Assembly: GCA_951406725.2 (NCBI GenBank)
Contig: OX597814.1
Span: forward strand, 220,162,001 to 220,226,000
Length of the DNA stretch: 64,000 nt
From: Octopus vulgaris
Taxonomy: Eukaryota
Direction: 5' to 3'
Every line of letters begins with the position of its first letter. The first letter of the stretch is position 1. A model generated the notes under the pieces. That model did no database searches. It saw only the letters and a program-made list of their open reading frames with translations, and had not been told where the DNA came from. Both the position numbers and the translations under genes were made by a program. Of this stretch, positions 26,122 to 39,688 are shown in pieces.

Positions 26122-26310
26122 CTGGTGTAAATCCTGAACGAACATCTGCAGAATAGAAGGGGCCACGGCCAACTCTTGTCCGTGCAGCTACAGAAATTGT
26201 GTATACTGTCGTTGGTTTCAGTGACGGGATTTTGTAACTTAACTGCTGAGGACTAAAGGGCTTAGAATTTACATTGGTGGAATTCTTTTCAACGTACTCC
26301 AAAATATAAC
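26122..26310 (-). CDS. sdk: Sidekick-like FN3 exon 4 (phase 1-1)
   Basis: AG at 26311-26312, GTAAGA donor. Encodes GYILEYVEKNSTNVNSKPFSPQQLSYKIPSLKPTTVYTISVAARTRVGRGPFYSADVRSGFTP. Confidence 0.92.
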
Positions 26311-28222
26311 CTGCAATGGAAACATTGAATTCAGTCTGCATGTTAGTGTTAAGAAAAGATTTCAAACTTTTTTTTATATTTGCTGAGTCTGAAGGAAAAC
26401 CAACAGGCATTTTAGTGTTAAGAAAGGATTGCAAGGATTGTGCTTTTATTTGCTAAGCGTGGAAGAGAACCAACTGGCAAGGTGAACCAGAGGTAGAGTG
26501 CAAACAAGACGGTTGGATGACATTCATGAGCTTGGTTGGTCTTGCTTGAGGATCCAAGAAGATCAATTGGAGATGGTCGCTTCTGACAGGCTTAATAGAA
26601 AGCAGGATTAAGGGCTCCGCCTGCATGATCCTCCCAGGAATAAATGGGCAAAGAAGATGAGAGGAAGTGACAGTCTGGGAGAAGGGGATAGAGCCTATGA
26701 CTCACTCAAACTGGTGAGTTTGATGTCATTGATGTTCCATTTAAAATGTTACAGAAAGACACAAGCATGGAGAAGATTCTTGAGAGCCAATGTTCTGGGG
26801 ATGAAGGACAGTAGTTAGTGAGAGGAAGTAGGAGTAGGACACATCAGACTAGGTGTGATGAAATGAGGCCATTATAGTAGAAAATTGAAACAACATTTAT
26901 TACAAGGTGAGTGGGTAGTGTTTATACTTTGATAGTTACCCCGTAAGAGCAGTGAGTTAAAAAGAATAGGAAACAAATTAAACTACTGACTTTATGCTAA
27001 CATGATCATTAAAAAAGAGAATAAAATAAACAAGCAGATTTATGCTCAATGTGCTTTCTGGCTTCTATCTCATTATGTACTCAGAAAGACCCAAAATTAG
27101 ACAAAGGGAAACTTGCCTCTATTTTTTTTTTCTTTTACATATGTAGAGATAGTAGTTGAATATATTTTCCACTACCGAATTCTACAGCTACAATGTGTGA
27201 GTGAGAGAGCACATTTCCATTACATTATGGAATTACCTTGTAAGAGCAGTTAGTCAAAGTAAATACTTCCTTTTCCATACAATATGTATTTCTGTTATAT
27301 TTCATTTACAAGAATCAGCATAAAATTTTGACCCTGCCCCAATAAAAAAATAATGTTTCATTTTAGTTTAATTATTATTAATAAACATTTAAGTCTTTGT
27401 GATGTGTAAAAAAAAAAAAAAAGAAGCCTAATTCACCTACCTTGCAGGTCCCTTAGCTATGTCAATTCTTCCCAGCCAGGATATATCCATAGGAACCCTA
27501 CTTACCTATGGCCAGAATCTAACAGAAAATTCCCTCAACTCACATTTCCACCATATCTGCCCTGAGTTACTGCCCCAAAGTAAAAGAAGCTCATGCTAGT
27601 CATCCTTCTGCTCACATCACCTCCCTTACTCCTCTCATTTCAGCAAGGCCCCTTGGCTCTTTGCATGATGTCACTGACCCTATACTTCCAGCCCACTCTA
27701 GTCCCGCAGTTTCATAGGTTCAGTAAAGTTTGAGACTCCAGAGATAATACTTAAACAATGAAATATGCAAATAAATTTAACACAACTAAAATTTAGCACA
27801 TAAAAAGCACCATCCGAATGTGGCCGATGCCAGCGCTGCCCCGACTGGCTTCTGTGCCAGTGGCACATAAAAAGCACCATCCGAACGTGGCTGTTGCCAG
27901 CGCCGCCTTGGCTGGCTTCCGTGCTGGTGGCACGTTAAAGCTCCAACCGATCGTGGCTGATGCTGGACCCCCCCTAGCACCTGTGCAGGTGGCACGTAAA
28001 AAGCACCCACTACACTCGCGGAGTGGTTGGCATTAGGAAGGGCATCCAGCTGTAGAAACTCTGCCAGATCAGACTGGAGCCTGGTGCAGCCCCTGGCTTC
28101 CCAGACCCCGGTCGAACCGTCCAACCCGTGCTAGCGCAGAAAACGGACGTTAAACGATGATGATGATGATGACAACTAAGGTACATAAAGCATTGATAAT
28201 AGTAGTGTCCTATAGGTATTAT

Positions 28223-29249
28223 TTAACCCTTTTGTTACAGCATTTCTGTTGAAATACACTGTTTCCATTCATGTGAAAAACAAGGAAGAAGTTGGTAACA
28301 TGACTTTGAAAAAAAAAGTAATATGAAATTTTCCAGGAAGTTTTTTTAATTAGGTCACTTTAACCCTTTAGCATTCAAATTATTCTGTCACAAGTAATGC
28401 TTATTTATTCACATTGTTTGAACCCTTTCATCACTGCATTTATTTTGTGATGTTCTGTGTTTCTTTCAATTAATTTTAAAGATAACAAAGAATTTATTAA
28501 AATAACTTAAAAAGCACCCACTACACTCACGGAGTGGTTGGCGTTAGGAAGGGCATCCAGCTGTAGAAACATTGCCAGATAAGACTGGAGCCTGGTGCAG
28601 CCTTCTGGCTTCCCAGATCCCTGGTCGAACCGTCCAACCCATGCTAGCATGGAAAGCGGACACTAAACGATGATGATGATGATGATGATGAACTTAATTA
28701 TCATTAAGCTAGTGTTAGGAACATAAATTGTGACTAAGGTTTGGTGGAAGATTTTTATTCAAAACTTACAAAAAGAAGATATTTGTACTCAGAGCCAGAG
28801 CCGGTTTCAGCTGGGTTGGTAACAAAAGCGTTAAATTATCTTGTAATTTCGAGATTTTTATGAAGCAACTGTTAATTTTTTAGAATGACATTGTAGGGTA
28901 GAATTGAGAAACCAGATCTGACAAGAATATTTTGGCCAGATATGGCCAGTTTAAATACTAATGGGCTAAACCAGGAAGTTTAAATCAAGGGTAGTCTCAA
29001 ACAGGTTGTTATGAAAAGGTTTAACCCTTTAGCTTTTAAACCAGCCATATCCGGCCAAAAGTATTCTGCCTGTTTTATGTTCAAACTGGCCAGATCTGGT
29101 CTCTCACACCAACCCTACAATATCGTTTTAAAAATTAACAGCTACCTCATCAAATTCTCATTGCTAAAAGATAATGCTGGATAAGTTCAAAACAAAGTGG
29201 ATGAAAAAGCTTTAATTTTGGTAGAATAATGCGAACACTAAAGGGTTAA
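28223..29249. mobile_element. Cluster of nested TTAA (piggyBac-type) MITEs with an RTE fragment inside
   Basis: Starts of TTAACCC type at 28223, 28360, ~28419 (degenerate) and 29021. Matching GGG-TTAA-like ends at 28834, 28969, 29024 and 29249. Confidence 0.65.
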
Positions 29250-29272
29250 AGAAACACATTCAGTCAGCTTAC

Positions 29273-29371
29273 CTAGAAGAATACCATTTTTCTTAAGTGG
29301 TGCTTTCCATATCACTACAACGGAACGGTCTGTAACATTCTTGAAGCCAATATGCGCTACTTTATCAGGAA
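29273..29371 (-). CDS. sdk: Sidekick-like FN3 exon 3 (phase 1-1, 99 nt)
   Basis: AG at 29372-29373, GTAAGC donor. Encodes FPDKVAHIGFKNVTDRSVVVIWKAPLKKNGILL. Not in the ORF track. Confidence 0.9.
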
Positions 29372-30038
29372 CTAAAAAATATCGACAAGATGTACTTTCT
29401 TAGAAAAATTCAATGAAATTGTATTAAGAAAATAAAAATAGGAAAATGAGAAATTTCTTTGATATGTTTAGTGAGACATTTAGAAGCAAACACATATATC
29501 ATTCTTGTTCATGAAAAGGTTAAGTAACTGACTGTCTGACAAGTGAATGATAGAAATGTTTATCTTTTTATCATACCTGTGAGTATGTGTTGTGTATGTT
29601 AAGAACAGAGTCAGCTTGAGCAGAAAATAAACATTAGGTTTGTAAGTTGGGGGAAATTTGAATGCCATGTGAATGAAAGTGTTGTTCATTTACAACCACA
29701 GCAAAATGTTGTATCTAGACTAGAGTACAACACACACACACACACTCATATACACATACACAATTCTTCACACAAACACACACACACACACATGCATATG
29801 ATGGGTTTCTTTCAGTTTCTGCACAACAAATCTATTCACAATACTTTGGTTGGTCTGAGGCTATAATGGATGCTGTGCAATGGGACTGAACCCAAGACTT
29901 CATGGCAGGGAAGCAAACTCTTTAAACACACAACTTCACCTGCATTTAATACAAAATAATCTTTGTAACTGAGAGAAAACGGGAGCTATATGACCCTTAA
30001 AGACATTTTCGTTCATGAGATGAAATATTATAACATAT

Positions 30039-30082
<44 letters not shown>

Positions 30083-30724
30083 AGTGTGTGTGTATGTGTA
30101 GTGGAGACGCAATGGCCCAGTGGTTAGGGCAGCGGACTCGCGGTCATAGGATCGCGGTTTCGATTCCCAGACCGGGCGTTGTGAGTGTTTATTGAGCGGA
30201 AACACCTGAAGCTCCACGAGGCTCCGGCAGGGGATGGTGGTGATCCCTGCTGTACTCTTTCACCACAACTTTCTCTCACTCTTACTTTCTGTTTCTGTTG
30301 TACCTGTATTTCAAAGGGCCGGCCTTGTCACTCTCTGTGTCATGCTGAATATCCCCGAGAACTACGTTAAGGGTGCACGTGTCTGTGGAGTGCTCAGCCA
30401 CTTAACCGTTAATTTCACGAGCAGGCTGTTCCGTTGATTCGGATCAACCGGAACCCTCATCGTCGTAACCGACGGAGTGCTTCCAGTGCTGCCAGTGTAT
30501 GTGTATGCATGTATATATATATATGTATGAAAAGCAAGCCCAGTAACTGAGACACACAATCATTTAAGTGACACAAGTTTCTACTTTTAGATTATTTTTA
30601 CAAGGTGAGTGACACCCAAGAACAAAAAGCCTTTTGGACACTGTATACGTGATTTATATAAATGAGTACAAAATATATAATTTCAAGAATTATTTTAATG
30701 TTTTGTGATAGACAAAATACTTAC

Positions 30725-30940
30725 AATCTTCCAAAGTTCTTACAGTTATAGGCACACTTTCTGGGCCGGAACCTTTCAAAGTGTAGCTGTCAACTGTGAG
30801 TCTGTAATTAGCAAACTTCTCTAGATTTCCAATATAACCTTCTTGCCATCCGTACCGTTTCTCAGAATTTACCGTTATTTGTACAGATACTGTTTCAGCA
30901 CCAGATTCTTTATCTATAGGACGGGCAATGATATGGTACC
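30725..30940 (-). CDS. sdk: Sidekick-like FN3 exon 2 (phase 1-1, 216 nt)
   Basis: AG at 30941-30942, GTAAGT donor. Encodes GYHIIARPIDKESGAETVSVQITV...IGNLEKFANYRLTVDSYTLKGSGPESVPITVRTLED. Not in the ORF track. Confidence 0.92.
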
Positions 30941-31327
30941 CTGATGAAAAATAAAATGGTGTTACAAACGTTTATAACATATTTATTGAAGGACGTTGCT
31001 GAAAAAATATTTTTATTGTCTCTAAGAATTTAAAACTAAGATTAACACAATTTATCTTTCATAGGAAAAAAGGAAAAGATGATATGACAATGAAACTAAA
31101 AGAATCAACAATTGTATTTATTTTACTTGTTTCAGTCATTTGACTGCGGCCATGCTGGAGCACCGTCCTTAGTTGAGAAAATCGACTCCAGGACTTATTC
31201 TTTGTAAGCCTAGTACTTATTCTATCAGTCTCTTTTGGCAAACCACTAAGTTACAGGGACGTAAATACACCAGCATCAGTTGTAAGCAATGTTGGTGGGG
31301 GGACAAACACAGACACACAAACATACG

Positions 31328-31380
<53 letters not shown>

Positions 31381-31384
<4 letters not shown>

Positions 31385-31875
31385 AAATAGAAAGATGAAT
31401 TTTCTTGTTACAGATTATTCAGAAGTTTAACCGATACCTGGGTAGCAAAAATCACAGCAGAAAAAAGCACGGTTGGAGATAAGACCATTTGGTGTTGCAA
31501 CCATGCGTTGGTGCGGATAATTGAAGTTTAATATTATTAGTGAATGGAAGAAATGGAGTTGAACGAAGATTGTACAGAATTCCTTTTATTACATTCTACA
31601 CATGTTTCAAAGGCCACAAATTTCCAAATTCTGATTAAATAAGGGTACCATATTGTTCAGCCATGGGTTCTTAAGGAGCGTCCTCGTTCGAATTGCGTTG
31701 CTGCGCCTCTGTTTTGTTTTGTTCTGTGAACGGAATTCCTGTTTTTTCCTGAAGAGAAAGCCACAATATGGTACCCTTATTTAATCAGAATTTGGAAATT
31801 TGTGGCCTTTGAAACATGTGTAGAATGTAATAAAAGGAATTCTGTACAATCTTCGTTCAACTCCATTTCTTCCAT

Positions 31876-31881
<6 letters not shown>
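31381..31881 (+). mobile_element. Non-coding fold-back element with hammerhead-ribozyme core (Penelope-like terminus, family B)
   Basis: Perfect ~119-bp inverted repeat at 31538-31656 / 31763-31881. Core reads CTGAAGA (31749) ... GAAAC-ATGT-GTA (31811-31822). Inserted in the (TA)n of a SINE. Confidence 0.7.
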
Positions 31882-31935
<54 letters not shown>

Positions 31936-32807
31936 AACACATGACAGGCTTCTTTCAGTTTCCGTCGACCAAATCCACTCACAAGGCTTTGGTCGGTCCA
32001 AAGCTATAGCAGAAGACACTTGCCCAAGGTTTCACGCAGTAGGACTGAACCCTGAACCATGTGATTGGTAAGCAAGCTACTTACCACACAACCACTCCTG
32101 CACCTATGACGAAATATTTTCATGTTTTTGGTATAACTATTGTCAATAATCTACACTGTGCACAGGTACAATTGTGCTCCCAGTTTTGGTTTATACTAAA
32201 TGACTATTACGGTCTAATAGATCATAAACATTCATCCATGCACTTCACATGTTGGTCAATATCTCTTCAACTGCTCCGCTAATCCAACTGTATAAATATA
32301 ATGAACCAATGGCTGAATGGTTTCAACACAAATTGAAGCATTGGACTTCTAGCTGGGCAACAACAATGATAATACGCAGCAACTAAGACTGTGTTATGTT
32401 TGAAGCCTCAGTTCTCTACACATTGTAAATATGAATAAGAAAGTTCTTGACTCTTTGAAGATGAAACCTGCTGATACTATTGCACTGAAGTAGTCGGACC
32501 TAATTTTACAATGTAGAGAAAGAATATGGAATATAAGAATACAGAAGGAAAAGGGTGCTACATATACAGAATAAAGGCATTGTATGGAAAACTCCCCCAC
32601 CCCACCTCACCTCACCATCCTCAAATGGATATGTTAAGAAAAAGGATATTATTATTTAAATTGTCAAAAAAAAACTTAATCTGGAATAAACAGAGAAAAG
32701 TATATGTATAATGGACAGGCATGTACCTTCTTGGCTTTTTAGTACAAACGCCACAAGCTGAGGGAGCTAGTCATTTATCTTGTAAGGGTTAAGTAAATAT
32801 TAAGATG

Positions 32808-32840
<33 letters not shown>

Positions 32841-32842
<2 letters not shown>

Positions 32843-33408
32843 TTCAGCAAAATTTAGATTCAAATGAATAAGGTACTTAAGTTAGATGCACCAGAATTCT
32901 GTATGGTGTTATCCATATAAATCCAGGGGGTGATTATAATCAGAATAAGCAACAAGAATAACTTCGGTAATTTGGTATGATCGTTTCGCACTACATCATT
33001 TTATTAAATGTTGTAAGTATTACAACAGTTTTAAAGTGCTGAGCACTCATCAGCCATTAATAGAGGTTTTCCATTAATACATAATTTTCATATCAAGTGG
33101 TAACATTATAGAGAAGGTAGATACATAGACAAAGATATGGATTTAAATTTTAAGAACATTTGAGGTAGTGGAGCCCATCAACTCAATGTTCTTAAAATTT
33201 AAATCCACATCTTTGTCTATATATCTACCTTCTCTATAATGTTACCACTTGATATGAAAATTATGTATTAATGGAAAACCTCTATTAATGGCTGATGAGT
33301 GCTCAGCACTTTAAAACAGTTGTAATACTTACAACATTTAATAAAATGATATAGTGCGAAACGATCGTACCAAATTACCCAAGTTATTCTTGTTGCTTAT
33401 TTTGATAT
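32841..33408 (+). mobile_element. Non-coding fold-back element with minimal hammerhead core (Penelope-like terminus, family C)
   Basis: ~225-bp inverted arms at ~32939-33164 / 33182-33407. Core reads TGG-CTGATGA (33292) ... GAAAC-GATC-GTA-CCA (33358-33372). Flanked by (TA)n. Confidence 0.72.
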
Positions 33409-33769
33409 ATATATAGATACATGTACACACATAGACAGACAGGCACACATACACACAGAGAATCACATAAATACATATGTTATTAATTTTTACTGCTATG
33501 CACAACTAACCATTCCACTATGAGCCAAAGAGGAAGCTTCTACATGCTCTGCTAAAAGTAGCAGTGAAATCTCCCTCAAATTATGTACAACTATCTTTAA
33601 AAAACGTTGGTTACATTGGATAATGTAGTTTTAGATGTATTTTTTGAAAAGAAGCCAGGTAGCTTATTCTGACGTAGAGCTAAGTAACAACTAAAATGAA
33701 TTGCTAGAACAATTATTGTAGCAAAACACTTTAGTGTGCTTTTGTTTAGAAACAAGGACAAAACACATT

Positions 33770-34096
33770 GCTAAAATTGCCAAGAAGGCTGAGGGTGTCT
33801 TGACATCACTCACTAAGTCCTTTGTGAGCTGCTCTCTGGCTATCTATCTGAGGCTTTATATAGCTATGGTGTGACCTCACCTGGAATTTGCATCACCGGT
33901 CTGGAACCCCTATCTTGCCCAGAATATTAGTCGCCTGGAAACCGTTCAGCAACGTGCAACCAAGAGAATACTCTCCATCAGGCATTTGCCATATTCTGAA
34001 TGCCTTCCTTGGGCATGGATACATTGAAACTCCAACGTCTGGCAGCTGACTTGGCAGACACCCATAAAATTATTAACCATCTTACAAACAATAACC
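33770..34096 (+). mobile_element. Decayed CR1-clade LINE RT C-terminal fragment
   Basis: Reads RLYIAMV*PHLEFASPVWNPYLAQNISRLETVQQRATKRI...LQRLAADLADTHKII. Confidence 0.8.
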
Positions 34097-34477
34097 CAGG
34101 AATATAAATTGGGAATTTCCCAATTTATATTCCTGTATGTTATATTTTAATAATTACTGATATCTTTATATATTAATATTTTATATGTAAAGCATAATAC
34201 GTTATACATGTATGTATATTCTTGTAATTGTTATTTTAGTAAATAAATAAGTTGCCATAATATAAAGTCTAAAAGTTGATGAACCACCAATTAATCCCCT
34301 CCATTTTCTTATTGCTCTCTTCCTCTCCTTCTCTCTCTCTATGTGTGTGTGTGTGTGTGTGTATAAATACTTTGCATGTACCACGTCCTCGCATTGTTGT
34401 TGTTTTTACTTGTGTTATTTTCCTTTTTTTTTATTAGTTATACATATAACTGTGTGTGTGTATGTTTATATATGTAT

Positions 34478-34508
<31 letters not shown>

Positions 34509-35201
34509 CATACATACATACATGGGTGGGAGTGGATGCAGGCATGTTTACATTTATTCGTTTCCAAAAATCATTGTGCTACATGAAGTAAGGTTCTTAC
34601 TGTTTTCCTTGTCAACAAATTGTCTCATGGGTTTTGTTTGTTTAAAGGCAAGTAGAATAAGAAATCCCTTACTTAAAAAAACCCCCAAATAAGCCTTTGC
34701 CGCATGCATGCCATTGGGCTGCAAAGCAATGCCTCAACAATATACGTTTGTCTAAACTATGGCAATATGGGGAATTGGATGAAAATGAATAGAAAATAAA
34801 TGATAAAATAAATTTGAGAACCACTTACTCTAGGCACAAGAACAATTTTTGCAACAAAGAGGAATGATCAGCTGAAAAGCTCCTGATGTATAACAAGCAT
34901 TAATTTAATAACTATGTAGAAATTGAACCCAGAAAGATTTCCAAACCATAGTTGAAATGTTCATTTTTCAGGATGATGATGACCATGAGTAATTTATGTG
35001 AGTCATTTATTTGATAAATATGCTAATTTTCTCTGCCATCTTGTGTATAATATTATATACTGACATAATTTAGTCAGTGATTTTATCATCACTACTTCAG
35101 CAAGGACAGAGAAATTCATGCTTTGCTGAAGAGGGCTAATGAGATCAGAAACATGTCCAGAGTTGTGTCCCATATTTGCTGGACTACTTATAATAATAAT
35201 A

Positions 35202-35233
<32 letters not shown>

Positions 35234-35443
35234 ATTTCTTCTACTATAGGCACAAAGCCTGAAATTTGGATGGGTGGTTCTATTTAATTACATTGGTCCC
35301 AGTGCCCAACTAGTACTTATTTTATCAACTATGAAAGGATGGAAGGTAAAGTTGACCTTGGCAGAATTTGAACACAATGTAGAGCCACTGACAATTTAGC
35401 ATGCTAATGATTCTGCCAGCTCACTACGGGCAAAACTTTATCT

Positions 35444-35474
<31 letters not shown>

Positions 35475-36292
35475 TTAGTTTCAAATTTTGGCATAATTTC
35501 AGGGGAGGCAGTAAATCAATTACACTGACTTCAATGCTCAGTAAGGTGCTTATTTTATCAACCTCAAAAAGATGAAAGGCAAAGTTGACCTTGTCAGCAT
35601 TTGAACTCAGAATGTAAAGACAGACAAAATGCTGTGAAGCATTTTACCTGGTGTGTAAACGATTCCACCAGCTCAGTGCCTTATCTTATGATATTAGTCA
35701 TCAACTAATATTGTCTTTGCTTCATTGTATAATCATTTCTAATTTGCTTTTTGTTTTTAAGCATTAAATATGTTCACAGTAACTTTACTATGGCTTTTAA
35801 TGCGATATGTATTAAGTTTTAAGCTCTACTATCTTGACCATCTCTAAAGATTTCAAGTGAAGCTATTGAGTTCTTTTTGTTGAATTCTATCTAAATGTAG
35901 GAAGTAGCAGTTTTAGTTGGCCTCTTTCTAAGTTTATTAACTTGGTAGGCGTCATGTCAGTTTTAGAACAATGAAAAGATAAGTTTACTGTAATTACACA
36001 CTGATGATGATGTTGATATGAAGTTTCAAGTATAGAGTCAAATTCCATGCTGGTATACTTAAACTCTATGCATATCCTGCATAAAAAAAGTATTAATTTA
36101 ATTATCCTATTAAAAGACTAACAACTGGGTTATGGGTGTTACGATTATTACAAAACTTACAGAAATGCTAAAAAAAATTTAAATACAAAGTAAATTACGA
36201 GAAAAATAAAATGCCGGTAATTTTCCAAATATTTTTGCTATAAGGCACAAGAAAATAAATAAAGAAAAGAAGAAAAAAGAAAACAGAAATAC

Positions 36293-36703
36293 CTAAGAGT
36301 AATCCAAAAATTTGAGATGAAAGAGGTGGCTTCCATTTTACTTCAATAACAGTGGAATTAATAGCTAGAGCAGTGACATTGGTTGGAGGTGCTGTGGGGC
36401 GACCTTCCTCTGTTAGAACAGTTATAGATTTACTAAAGACACCAATTCCCTTGGCATTGCGAGCAGCTATCTTGATTTCGTAGTGTGTAAATGTTACCAG
36501 GCCAGTTATGACTTTCATTTGGTTTTTGACACCGGCTTCCTCTTGTTGGGCGAATTTATCATTATAACTCTGTGGTTTGTAACGAATGACATAACCAGTC
36601 AATGGGCCATTCCAGTGAACCTGTGAAGGGGGTAGCCAGTTGATTAAAACAGAGGAATTACTTAGAGGACGTCCAACTAGATTTCTTGGTGGACCACTTG
36701 GTG
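36293..36703 (-). CDS. sdk: Sidekick-like FN3 exon 1 of window (phase 1-1, 411 nt; approx. FN3 #2 and start of #3)
   Basis: AG at 36704-36705 after a long pyrimidine tract, GT at 36291-36292. Encodes APSGPPRNLVGRPLSNSSVLINWLPPSQVHWNGPLTGYVIRYK...EEGRPTAPPTNVTALAINSTVIEVKWKPP. Confidence 0.93.
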
Positions 36704-39646
36704 CTAGAAAATAAAAGAAACAGAAATAACGATAAATAACAGCAGTGAAAGTGACATGAGTGAATTTATAAGAATTACAGGAACATTAGAAAGAACAAAA
36801 TATTTTCCAAATGTATATAGATATAATCATAAAGATTTCAGGGGTTGTTTCAGTTTATTCAAAACATGGCAAATGATGTTAATCACAATTTCTATTTTTG
36901 TCCTGCAACTTTTTGAGGGAATGACACAGAATTATGAAGGTCAAATATAAGAGCTCTGAACCTAAGGAAAGATTTATGAGGAAAATACAGAATTTCTTTA
37001 ATTATATAACATGAGAAACTGAACCCTTTTGTTTCATGGATGTGACATATGCTATGTTAGTTTATGTTACTCTTTACTCTTTTACTTGTTTCAGTCATTT
37101 GATTGCGGCCATGCTGGAGCACCGCCTTTAGTCGAGCAACTCGACCCCGGGACTTATTCTTTTGTAAGCCCAGTACTTATTCTATCGGTCTCTTTTGCCG
37201 AACTGCTAAGTGATAGGGACATAAACACACCAGCATCGGTTGTCAAGCAATGCTAGGGGGACAAACACAGACACACAAACATGCACATACATACATATAT
37301 ATATATATACGATGGGCTTCTTTCAGTTTCCGTCTACCAAATCCACACACAAGGCTTTGGTTGGCCCGAGGCTATAGTAGAAGACACTTGCCCAAGGTGC
37401 CACGCAGTGGGACTGAACCCGGAACCATGTGGCTGGTAAACAAGCTACTTACCACACAGCCACTCCTGTGCCTATTAGTTAAATTAGTTAGTTAAATTTA
37501 TTTAATTATTTATTTAATTTGAGTCAGGTAAAGCTTGGTGAATGTAACTCGGTACATAGAAACTGTGTACAAAATGTTCTTCTACTATAGCCTCGGGCTG
37601 ACCAAAGCCTTATAAGTGGATTTGGTTGAAGGAAACTGAAAGCTTATCACACACACACAAATGTGTATGTGTGTGTTTGTTTGTTTGTTTCCCACCACCA
37701 CTTGACAACTGGTATCCACCTCCTCCTTATAATTGTTTTTAATGTCCTTTTCTGTTTTTCATGCTTGCATGGGCAAGGCAGAAACCATCGAGGCAGACCT
37801 CTATAGCTGGATGCACTTCCTGTCACTGACCCTTACCTGACACATCAAGAAACCTGGGTGTGCTTTTGAAGCTGACTGTAAGCAGGGATGTTGTTTTTGT
37901 TTACAGAAACTAAGTACGTTGAGACAAAGAGAATCATATACATGCATGCATGCACACTCTTGCACATGCATATGACAAAATTCTTCGGTTTCTGTCAATC
38001 ACTGTCACTCACAAGTTATTGGTTGACAAACAGCTGTAGTACAAAATGTTCACTGACAATGCTCAGGCAGTTAGGATTGGACACTTAGCCATGAAACAAA
38101 CCCCTTAACCAACCAACTGACCGACTGACTGACCGTCCGTCCGTCTGTCCATCCATCCATCTATCTGTCTATCTCTCTCTATATTACTCTTACTCTTTTA
38201 CTCTTTTACTTGTTTCAGTCATTTGACTGCGGCCATGCTGGAGCACCGCCTTTAGTTGAGCAAATCGACCCCGGGACTTATTCTTTTTGTAAGCCCAGTA
38301 CTTATTCTATCGACCTCTTTTGCCGAACCGCTAAGTGACGGGGACGTAAACACACCAGCATCGGTTGTCAAGCAATGCTAGGGGGACAAACACAGACACA
38401 CAAACACATACACACACACATATATATATACATATATACGACAGGCTTCTTTCAGTTTCCGTCTACCAAATCCACTCACAAGGCATTGGTCGGCCCGGGG
38501 CTATAGCAGAAGACACTTGCCCAAGATGCCACACAGTGGGACTGAACCCGGAACCATGTGGTTGGTAAACAAGCTACTTACCACACAGCCACTCCTGCGC
38601 CTATATATATCATTAACATCAAAAGAATTTAGAAAGTTCAAGACATGAAATAATTATTTTTAGGAATGATGAAGCCTGAAGCAGATAAAGTTATAGATAA
38701 TACTTACATGCTACTTTATGTATGTATGTGTGAGTGTGTGCGTCTGTCTGTCTGTCTATCGGAGTATATGGAGATGAATTATCTAGGCACATACTGTATA
38801 AACACTCATATATAGCACAGGTCCAGGTTAACTGCATTGAGTAGTAAGAAGCACCTAGGATTACTTAGAGTGAGCAATCCCACAGTAATTCCTCTGATGG
38901 GTAAATCCTGGGTTTGCTTCACTATATATGTGTTCATGCATTTACATCTCTTTTCCCATGCTAGCATGGGTTAGATGAACACACAATATTGAGGCATTTT
39001 TTACTATCAGATGCTCTTTCCCAAGCTAACTTTTACCTGTTTCTTAGATAAGGGATATTTTATTCTACTTATCTTTGAAAGCACAGAACCAGCAAAAAAT
39101 TTGTGAACAAATATCCCTAATTGTTGCTGAGAGCAGAATGCAAACATTCACACACACACACAAACAAATGCACACATACATGAACGACAGGATTTTGTAT
39201 AGTTTTCTTCCACCAAATTCACTCACACATAAAAAAAAAAAATGTAACAAAATATAAATTTACTTTTCAACCACATGGTTCTAGGTTCAGTCCCACTGTG
39301 CGGCACCTAGGGAAAGTACCTTCAACTATAATCTCAGGCTGACCAAAGCCTTATAAGCGGATTTTGTTGAAGGAAACTGAAAGCTTATCACTGGTGTTGG
39401 TGTCTTTACATTCCTATAACTTAGCGGTTCAGTGAAAGAGACTGACAGAATAACTACCAGAGTTAAAAAAAAAAAAAAAAGAAATATGGAGTGGCTGTGT
39501 GGTAAGTAGCTTGCTAACCAGCCACATGGTTCCGGGTTCAGTCCCACTGCATGGCATCTTGGGAAAGTGTCTTCTGCTATAGCCCCGGGCCGACCAATGC
39601 CTTGTGAGTGGATTTGGTAGACGGAAACTGGAAGAAGCCTGTCGTA

Positions 39647-39688
<42 letters not shown>

